This document shows, piece by piece, positions 47,380-54,699 of a DNA stretch of 54,699 nt. Origin of the DNA: a virus (taxonomy: Duplodnaviria; Caudoviricetes); IMG/VR virus record IMGVR_UViG_3300009124_000016, positions 1 through 54,699 of that record, one strand, 5' to 3'. The translations under genes and the position numbers were made by a program. Within the stretch, counting starts at the first letter, position 1; each line of letters opens with the position of its first letter. The notes beneath the pieces are model-generated. The model was not told the origin of the DNA, made no database searches, and worked only from the letters and a program-made list of their open reading frames with translations.

Positions 47380-48462
47380 TCAACCAACAGCAGGTGCGGT
47401 GAGAGCAACAGGGGTGCTTTCAGCAGCAGCAAGGTCAAGAGGGAAATTATGAGCATTTCGTTCATGCATTACCTCCATCCCGAGACCAGCACGGTTGAGA
47501 ACATCTGCCCAGGTGTTCAGGACTTTGCCCTGACTATCCATGATGGACTGGTTGAAGTTGAAACCGTTGAGGTTGAATGCCATGGTGCTAACACCGAGAG
47601 CAGTGAACCAGATACCAACGACAGGCCATGCTGCCAGGAAGAAGTGAAGTGAACGAGAGTTGTTGAACGATGCATACTGGAAGATCAGACGACCGAAGTA
47701 TCCATGAGCAGCAACAATGTTATAGGTCTCTTCTTCTTGACCGAACTTGTAACCATAGTTCTGGGACTCTTGCTCAGTCGTCTCACGGACGAGTGAAGAT
47801 GTAACCAAAGAACCGTGCATTGCACTGAACAGAGAACCACCAAACACGCCAGCAACGCCAAGCATGTGGAAGGGGTGCATCAGGATGTTGTGCTCTGCTT
47901 GGAAGACAAGCATGTAGTTGAACGTACCAGAGATGCCAAGAGGCATAGCGTCAGAGAAAGAACCTTGACCGAAAGGATAGACCAGGAAGACTGCGGATGC
48001 TGCTGCAACAGGTGCAGAGTATGCAACACAGATCCATGGACGCATACCTAGACGGTAAGAAAGTTCCCACTCACGTCCCATATATGCATAGATGCCGATA
48101 AGGAAGTGGAAGACTACTAGTTGGAAAGGACCACCATTGTAAAGCCATTCATCCAAAGATGCTGCTTCCCAAATGGGGTAGAAGTGAAGACCAATAGCGT
48201 TGGAGGAGGGTACAACAGCACCAGAGATGATGTTGTTGCCATACATGAGCGAACCAGCGACGGGTTCACGGATGCCGTCAATGTCCACAGGAGGAGCAGC
48301 GACGAAAGCAACGATGAAGCAGATGGTTGCCGCCAACAGTGTTGGGATCATCAGGACACCGAACCAACCGACATACAGACGATTGTTGGTGGAGGTTACC
48401 CAGTTACAGAATTGTTCCCAGGTAGATGCGCCTTGCTGACGCGAGAGAGTAGATTGAGCCAT
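47380..48462 (-). CDS. psbA: Photosystem II D1 protein
   Basis: Full-length D1 (NRLYVGWFG...[14 protein letters not shown]), uninterrupted. Confidence 0.99.
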   Translation of the reverse strand: MAQSTLSRQQGASTWEQFCNWVTSTNNRLYVGWFGVLMIPTLLAATICFIVAFVAAPPVDIDGIREPVAGSLMYGNNIISGAVVPSSNAIGLHFYPIWEAASLDEWLYNGGPFQLVVFHFLIGIYAYMGREWELSYRLGMRPWICVAYSAPVAAASAVFLVYPFGQGSFSDAMPLGISGTFNYMLVFQAEHNILMHPFHMLGVAGVFGGSLFSAMHGSLVTSSLVRETTEQESQNYGYKFGQEEETYNIVAAHGYFGRLIFQYASFNNSRSLHFFLAAWPVVGIWFTALGVSTMAFNLNGFNFNQSIMDSQGKVLNTWADVLNRAGLGMEVMHERNAHNFPLDLAAAESTPVALTAPAVG

Positions 48463-48475
48463 TGTTTTTGTACGA

Positions 48476-48585
48476 AAAGTAAGACCATCAGGGAAATGGT
48501 GGAGTTACTATTTCCTCACCACCCTCAGGTGAGGATATGAGAGACTGTTTTTTATACACGCTGTTTAGTCTCGGTGAGGCGTGTT
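48476..48585 (-). ncRNA. PhotoRC-II-like structured psbA leader RNA
   Basis: Stems CACGC/GCGTG, GAGACT/AGTCTC, CCTCACC/GGTGAGG and ACCAT/ATGGT directly 5' of psbA, matching the known location of the motif. Confidence 0.7.
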
Positions 48586-48632
48586 TACAAAAGATTAGAG
48601 AACTTTACATTCCTTAACCCGTTGATGTATTT

Positions 48633-48661
48633 AGTATAACCCGTACCCAAGATCCTGTCAA
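48633..48661 (-). promoter_or_regulatory. psbA sigma70 promoter with overlapping late-like CTAAATA
   Basis: TTGACA-N17-TATACT followed by AAATA. Confidence 0.8.
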
Positions 48662-48717
48662 CCCCCTAAAGATGAGTATTTGTACCCGTTGTACCAGATC
48701 ATGAAGCGGCACAATAG

Positions 48718-48725
48718 TATAAATA
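48718..48725 (+). promoter_or_regulatory. T4-type late promoter
   Basis: Exact TATAAATA about 50 nt upstream of the fibre gene. Confidence 0.8.
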
Positions 48726-48774
48726 CGTCTCGTCTAAATAGTTCAACGAGAAAAACTAGCAGCAGCATAGTGTA

Positions 48775-51700
48775 ATGGCAGATCGCTTTCCTTTAATTGT
48801 AAACCAAGGTTCTCAACGTGTAGAGGAACTGGTTTCTGGAGACAATTTAGACCTGACAGGTAGTGGCATTGCTATCAGTGGTAATACAGGAACCACAGGG
48901 CAATACTTAAAAAGTTCTGGTTCAACAGTAACTTGGGATACGCCTGGTGATGTTTACTTAACAGCATCTCAAACGCTAGAGAATAAGACCCTGATTGGTG
49001 CGATGATCTCAGGATCATTGAATACTATATCAGATATTCCAAACACATCTCTGGCAAATCCAAGTTTTATTCTAAATGGTCAGACAATTTCTCTTGGTGG
49101 AACTGCAACACTACCAGATGAGAACACAACATACTCCATCAGTGCTGTAGATGGAAGTGTTCCAACCAAAAAAGTTGTTAGATTAACTGCTGCCAACCCT
49201 ACTTCAACTGCTGACGTTACACTTGCTGCTGGTAACAATGTCAGTCTTGCAAGAATTGGAAACGAAATTACAATTGAATCTAGTTTTACTGATACAAACA
49301 CTGTTACCACACTCGCTGCTGCAACTGGTGGTACTGCTACAAGTGGAGCACTAACACTAGATGAAGGTAACAACGTAACGATCACTCAAAATGGATCAAC
49401 CTTTACGATTGCATCTAGTTACATCAATACAATCACCAGAATTAGAGGAACGACATCAGGAACGTATCTGTCTGGAGATTTCACAATTATTCCTGGTAGT
49501 GAAATTACAGTTGTTCAGTCTGGAAATGATATTACTATCGCTTCTACTGACACAATTACTAGAGTTGGAAATACATCTCCTAACCTAGTCTCTGGTGATG
49601 TCATTATCACTGGTGGTGGCGACACAGTTGTATCACAAACTGGTAACACTATTACTGTTACTACAAATGACACCGACACTGTAACGACAGTAGCATCAAC
49701 AACTGGTCCTAATACAGGGGCTGTTAGTGGAGCGATCACACTCCAAGGTGGTGCTGATACAACCGTCTCTCAGAACGGATCTACATTTACTATCTCCACG
49801 ACAGATACCGACACCACTTACAGTGCAAATGCAACAGGTGGTCTTGTAGAAAGTAATGACGAATTTAGTCTGAAGAATGCTGCTAACCTGCAAGCAAACA
49901 GAGTAATGAAGTGGGATGGTTCTAACGACCAATTCACTAACAGTATTATTTCTGACGATGGTTCTACTGTAACTATCGGTGGTGACCTAACTGTAACGGG
50001 AACCAATACCGTACTCAATACAACCACACTCGAAGTTGCCGATGCAGAGATCGAACTTCGTAGAGGTAACAACTTAGTTGGATCTAATGGTGGTATCAAA
50101 CTAATCAGAACCACTAATGGAACTGGCGATACACTAACTTATAATTCACTAAGTTGGTATGAAGCTGGTTCATACTGGTCAACTTATGATGGATCTATTA
50201 GGAACCGTCTTGTTACTGAGGATGAGACCCAGGTTCTTACAAACAAAACTCTAACCTCACCTACACTAAACAATCCAAATCTAGGTATTGCTGTTGCGAC
50301 TACCATTAACGGTCTGTCAATTACCAATGCTCCTTCAGCAATCCTTACAATTAATAGTGGAAAAACTTTAGAGTGTCTGAATACTCTAACATTCAGTGGA
50401 ACAGATGGTGCTTCTGTAAACTTTGGTGCTGGTGGAACTGCAACATATAGAACTGACACACTAAACGTATTCTCCAACACAACATCTTCTCAACTAAGAG
50501 CGGTAATTTCTGATGAAACTGGTGTTGGTTCTCTGGTATTCAACACTCAACCAACTTTAATTGATGCTGTTCTAACTTCCAGCACAAGCTTCAACATCTT
50601 CAATGCAAACGTAACAACGATCAATGCATTTGCTAGTGCAACTTCTGTTACCGTTGGCGCAGCAACAGGTTCTACAACAATCAAACACGACTTCCTCACG
50701 GAAGGTGCAGTAACTCTAGGTAATGATGGTGCTGATGCCATCACAATCAATGGTCTTGTGAACATTGAAGATAACGATTTCGTTATCCGTGGAACAGACA
50801 CATATCCAATGAGCATTGGTAGAGGTGGAAATGCTCACCAACATAATACAAGGGTTGGTGTTGATGCTCTACAAGGTAACGGCACAGGCACACAGAATAG
50901 TGCATTCGGATTTAATGCTCTAGAGGTTGCTGATACTGCAACTGGTAACACTGCTGTTGGTTACAGATCAGGAACCGCACTCGATGATGGAGGATTGAAT
51001 ACTCTTGTCGGTAGAGACACTGCTCTCAACCTAGTCAGTGGAATTGGTAACGTTGTCCTAGGTGCAAATGGTCTAGCATCATCCACTGCAGGAAGTTACA
51101 ACGTCTGTATCGGTGCTTATGCTGGTTTCGCTGCACTTGGATCTGGAAACGTTCTCATCGGTGCTGCAAGTAACCAGAACGCAGGAGATGCTACTTACAT
51201 TCCACCACTAGAAAGTGGTAACAACCAACTTGTTATTGGTAGTGGAGCAAATGCTTGGATTAGAGGAACAAGTACATACGATGTTCTAGTTCCACAAAAC
51301 TTCAGCGTCTCTGGTAACGCTATTGTTGAGGGTAACCTCACTGTTCAGGGTGTATATACAACAGTCAACAGTGCTGTTGTTACCGTCGATGATAAAGCAA
51401 TTGAACTTGGTGCAGTCGCAAATACAACCTTTACTGCAAGTGTTACTGACCAGTCTAACTATATCACCAGTATTTCACCAACCACAGGTCTAATCGCTGG
51501 TATGGTTATCAACAGCAACACTGCTGGTGCTGCTGTTCCTCTTGGAACATACATCACAACGATCACTGAAGACAACGCTTATCTATCTGAAGTTGTCAGT
51601 ATCACTGGTGGATCTGGTACAGTTAACTTCACAGCAGAAGGTCCCTCAGATACCTCAGCCGATGGTGGTGGAATTATTTTGAAGGGAACGACTGACAAGA

Positions 51701-52284
51701 GCATCACCTGGGGTAACTTTGCTGATGCATGGAACTCCACAGAACACCTAAACCTAGCAGTCAACAAAGAGTTTAGAATTGGTGGTGCGCTTGCTCTAAG
51801 CACAACCAGTCTCGGTACAACTGTTGTCAACTCTTCACTAACATCTGTTGGTACACTAACTGGACTGGATGTTAACGGTGCTATCACACTTGGTGGTGTG
51901 ATTACTGAAAAAACTTTCAATAACTATGGCACTGTTCTAACACCTTCTTCAAACATCTTGACGATTGATGTTGCAAATGCGAATACAATCATGGGCGCAC
52001 CTTCCTCTGGTGCTGGTGCTGCTATCAATACTTGGGCATTTACTAATGTCAATCTTGCTAATGGTCAGTCGAAGACCATCACTCTAATTCTAACAGCAAA
52101 TACATCTGCTACATATGGTGATGGTTGTGTTATTGATGGAACTACCATTACAAATGGTGTTAAATGGTCTGGTGGTTCTCCACCAATTGCTACATCTAAC
52201 ATAGATATTCTAACATTCGTTGTTGTTAAAGATACTGCGGGTGTGACCCAAGTATTCGGACAAGGTAACACAGACTTTAGCTAA
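48775..52284 (+). CDS. Tail fibre / YadA-like repeat structural protein
   Basis: MADRFPLIV N-terminus, about 5 x 41-aa 'SG..T..G...TV.Q.G...TI..TDT' repeats, NTAVG..AL beta-roll repeats, C-terminal W.GG.PP....IDIL.F domain. Confidence 0.8.
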   Translation: MADRFPLIVNQGSQRVEELVSGDNLDLTGSGIAISGNTGTTGQYLKSSGSTVTWDTPGDVYLTASQTLENKTLIGAMISGSLNTISDIPNTSLANPSFILNGQTISLGGTATLPDENTTYSISAVDGSVPTKKVVRLTAANPTSTADVTLAAGNNVSLARIGNEITIESSFTDTNTVTTLAAATGGTATSGALTLDEGNNVTITQNGSTFTIASSYINTITRIRGTTSGTYLSGDFTIIPGSEITVVQSGNDITIASTDTITRVGNTSPNLVSGDVIITGGGDTVVSQTGNTITVTTNDTDTVTTVASTTGPNTGAVSGAITLQGGADTTVSQNGSTFTISTTDTDTTYSANATGGLVESNDEFSLKNAANLQANRVMKWDGSNDQFTNSIISDDGSTVTIGGDLTVTGTNTVLNTTTLEVADAEIELRRGNNLVGSNGGIKLIRTTNGTGDTLTYNSLSWYEAGSYWSTYDGSIRNRLVTEDETQVLTNKTLTSPTLNNPNLGIAVATTINGLSITNAPSAILTINSGKTLECLNTLTFSGTDGASVNFGAGGTATYRTDTLNVFSNTTSSQLRAVISDETGVGSLVFNTQPTLIDAVLTSSTSFNIFNANVTTINAFASATSVTVGAATGSTTIKHDFLTEGAVTLGNDGADAITINGLVNIEDNDFVIRGTDTYPMSIGRGGNAHQHNTRVGVDALQGNGTGTQNSAFGFNALEVADTATGNTAVGYRSGTALDDGGLNTLVGRDTALNLVSGIGNVVLGANGLASSTAGSYNVCIGAYAGFAALGSGNVLIGAASNQNAGDATYIPPLESGNNQLVIGSGANAWIRGTSTYDVLVPQNFSVSGNAIVEGNLTVQGVYTTVNSAVVTVDDKAIELGAVANTTFTASVTDQSNYITSISPTTGLIAGMVINSNTAGAAVPLGTYITTITEDNAYLSEVVSITGGSGTVNFTAEGPSDTSADGGGIILKGTTDKSITWGNFADAWNSTEHLNLAVNKEFRIGGALALSTTSLGTTVVNSSLTSVGTLTGLDVNGAITLGGVITEKTFNNYGTVLTPSSNILTIDVANANTIMGAPSSGAGAAINTWAFTNVNLANGQSKTITLILTANTSATYGDGCVIDGTTITNGVKWSGGSPPIATSNIDILTFVVVKDTAGVTQVFGQGNTDFS

Positions 52285-52294
52285 GGACAAATAA

Positions 52295-54699
52295 ATGCCA
52301 GTAGGATTTAGTAGCCCCGCAAGGAACCTATTCCTCCTAGCTTCTACAGCAGGAGGAACATTAGCAAACTTTTTCAAGACACTAGATCAGTCATCAGGTA
52401 CTGATGTTAACTTTGAACCAACAGAAATAAGAAGCATCGCATCAGATGAAACATATACTTTGGCAGGTGAAGCAGATACTTCATCTGGAGATAGGTTTGG
52501 TTGGTTTGAAAATGTACAATATAATGGAACAGAAAATTGGAGTAATGAAATTCAATCTTCTACTGCAGGAACAGACACTACTTTAAGAACATTAGAAATT
52601 GATGGATCTGGTAATTATCTTGTTGCAGGAAAAACTGGAACACATCCATGGATTGCTAAGTATAGCAGCACTGGTGTTTTATCTTGGGATTCTACTACAT
52701 TTTCTGGTGACGTAGAATATACTGGAATTGCAGTAGATAGTAGTAATGTTTACTATGCTTGCGGAAGCACACCATCTTCTGGAAACAATACTGGATTAGC
52801 ATTTGTAGAAAAATTTACTAATAGTGGCACCCCTGACTGGGGTAAGTCTTCTATACTTCTTAATGGAGATGTATCACTATCTAAAATCGCTGCTAACTCT
52901 AGGGGTGAAGTTGTCGCAGTAGGATGGTTGGATGAAGGTACAGAGAATGCCAAAGGATATATCGTCAAAATTGATACTACCACTGGTGATGTAAAGTGGG
53001 ACAGATCTATTAAGTCATATGCATATGACAATGGCGAACATGTTTACTGTGAAGACGTTACCATTGACGACGAAGATAACATTTATATTGTAGGTAGACT
53101 AGTTAGAGCATCAGGATCGACGCCACGAGGATTTGTTGCACGTTACAGTCCTGAAGGAAATTTAATCTGGCAAAAAGAAACTCCATTCGGAGAGGACTTT
53201 GAATACTATCAGGTTAAAATTGATAATACCACTAAACAGTTGATTACTTATGGTAGATACATCGATGGTTTTTTACAAGAGCATGGTGTTCTCACCAAAT
53301 ATGAAAGTATTGGTGATCAGATCTGGCGTAGAAAAATGTATGTCAGTAACACTGCTGTCTTTGGACAAACTGGTAGAGGTGGCGCAGTCAATCTAGACGC
53401 ATCAACACAGTGGTATTACATGTTGTACATCGACATGAACAATGCTGATAAGTACACCTTTGGTCGTGTAAGTTCTTCTGGTAATGGTCTCGGTGCTTTC
53501 CAGTATGCAGAAGGTACAGGAGAAACTGTTTACTATGAAATTCTAAACATCGATGATAGAGTAGGAAGACTACAAGATGGTTCTGTAAGAAACGATGTTA
53601 GCGATCTTGTTAGCTATCCTTTCACTGCTAACAAACTTTTGTTTGATGATTTGGCAACACCAATCACAAACAAAAAAGTTCAGGTAGCAGAACCAAATGA
53701 ATTTGATTACAGTGGCAGTCCTGCTATTAGAACTTCAGACTTCAAAGAACTGAACCTATTGGGTGATATTGGTATTGTTGCTAGCACCACAACAGGGTCT
53801 GGAGTTATTTACAGTGATGATGTTAGTGCTACAAATGGTTTCAATCATCCTGCGGTGAATGCTTTTGATGGAAGCACTAGCACAAGAATGGAACCAGCTG
53901 ATAACTCTGTTGTTACCTATGCTCCCAGTCCAGCAATTTCTGTCTCTACCTCGATGAGAGTTTATACTACTACTGCTGGTAGTGTAATTGATAGTGATTT
54001 TAAAATCAATGGAAGAGGTCTTGGTAGATACATTGATTCTGGCACAGGTTGGAAAAACATTACTGTTGGACCTGTGTATAGTACGATGCTAACTGGATCT
54101 ACTGTAAAAACTCCTGAAGGTGGTTTTAATCCTCCACATACCATGCAACAAACTGGTGATAGATCCGAGGGTGTTGGTGGTCTAACTTTTACTCCAACAA
54201 CTCCCATTTCATATAGTTCTTCTGTTGAAGTTTATGACAATAATAACGTAACTCATTCTCAGGTAAATAGTGGATCATTTGTTCAACATGCTACAAATGC
54301 TTGGGTAACTGTTGCTTCTGGTAGTGGAACTATCAATAGCATGTTCTTTCAAAGAACTGATAATGCCAATTGGGATGCTGGATTTGTTGCTATTAGAGTT
54401 GATGGAACTATCTTGGAAGATGGTGTAGAAACTCTCAATACTATTGAATTAGAACACAGATCTGGTGCAGCATCAATAGAATTATTTGCTGTTGAGATTG
54501 ATGGATCCATCTTGACTGATGGTGGTGGATTAACTGTTGTTCCTGGATCATGGGTAGATCAATCAAGTAAAGGTAATGATGGTGTAGTGTATGGTGCCAC
54601 CCACAACGCCGCTGGATACTGGGAGTTTGATGGAGTGGATGATTACATTTCTATTACTGACGATCCTTCATTACACACTGAGGAAATGTCTTGGGAATG
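52295..54699 (+). CDS. Virion structural protein (beta-propeller-like, nested modules, LamG-like), truncated at the window end; not in the ORF track
   Basis: Starts MPVGFSSPARNLFLL. 'IAKY...G...W' propeller repeats. Ends WVDQSSKGNDG..FDGVDDYI (LamG-like) in the same frame. The portions I translated contain no stop. Confidence 0.85.
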   Translation, partial: MPVGFSSPARNLFLLASTAGGTLANFFKTLDQSSGTDVNFEPTEIRSIASDETYTLAGEADTSSGDRFGWFENVQYNGTENWSNEIQSSTAGTDTTLRTLEIDGSGNYLVAGKTGTHPWIAKYSSTGVLSWDSTTFSGDVEYTGIAVDSSNVYYACGSTPSSGNNTGLAFVEKFTNSGTPDWGKSSILLNGDVSLSKIAANSRGEVVAVGWLDEGTENAKGYIVKIDTTTGDVKWDRSIKSYAYDNGEHVYCEDVTIDDEDNIYIVGRLVRASGSTPRGFVARYSPEGNLIWQKETPFGEDFEYYQVKIDNTTKQLITYGRYIDGFLQEHGVLTKYESIGDQIWRRKMYVSNTAVFGQTGRGGAVNLDASTQWYYMLYIDMNNADKYTFGRVSSSGNGLGAFQYAEGTGETVYYEILNIDDRVGRLQDGSVRNDVSDLVSYPFTANKLLFDDLATPITNKKVQVAEPNEFDYSGSPAIRTSDFKELNLLGDIGIVASTTTGSGVIYSDDVSATNGFNHPAVNAFDGSTSTRMEPADNSVVTYAPSPAISVSTSMRVYTTTAGSVIDSDFKINGRGLGRYIDSGTGWKNITVGPVYSTMLTGSTVKTPEGGFNPPHTMQQTGDRSEGVGGLTFTPTTPISYSSSVEVYDNNNVTHSQVNSGSFVQHATNAWVTVASGSGTINSMFFQRTDNANWDAGFVAIRVDGTILEDGVETLNTIELEHRSGAASIELFAVEIDGSILTDGGGLTVVPGSWVDQSSKGNDGVVYGATHNAAGYWEFDGVDDYISITDDPSLHTEEMSWE

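Noticed and set aside
46158-47454. Diversity-generating retroelement TR/VR pair from the two psbA tails
   Set aside because: Differences are almost all synonymous and not adenine-specific, and there is no reverse transcriptase in the window.
46234-47455. Group I intron in psbA, with the orphan tail as exon 2
   Set aside because: psbA is already complete with its own stop. I see no group I core, and the junction does not give an in-frame U|...G| splice. An Infernal search would settle it.
47265-47465. 66-aa ORF bridging the psbA end and the MTase
   Set aside because: Its first part is an alternative frame of psbA, it crosses the terminator hairpin, and it has no recognisable motif.

Overview
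This 54.7-kb window comes from a T4-like marine cyanophage (cyanomyovirus, probably Synechococcus-infecting), and most genes lie on the minus strand. It holds a tail/baseplate block (three tail-collar proteins, a 3280-aa virion protein, gp5, hub and tape-measure-like proteins, gp26/gp51, gp54-like, gp4, gp2, gp48, gp53), three tRNAs and cpeT. A replication/metabolism block follows (gp32, gp33, exonuclease, phoH, thyX, CP12, RNase H, glutaredoxin, 2OG oxygenase), then psbD, psbA and two plus-strand fibre genes. Four things stand out. (1) A DNA methyltransferase + PD-(D/E)xK nuclease cassette is inserted at the psbA 3' end, bracketed by a synonymously recoded live 3' end and an orphan 75-nt copy. 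(2) A putative nitrogen-sensing unit combines an NtcA-type box, a sigma70 promoter and two linked glutamine-riboswitch-like aptamers, with a 54-aa ORF inside the P2 loop of the second, ahead of a DUF4278-like gene. (3) A -1 frameshift signal (U UUU UUC + 7 nt + 11-bp hairpin) would fuse gp26 to gp51, in the position of lambda G/GT. (4) The last fibre gene has a domain nested inside a homologous domain. All family assignments are from motif recognition by eye; no database search was run.
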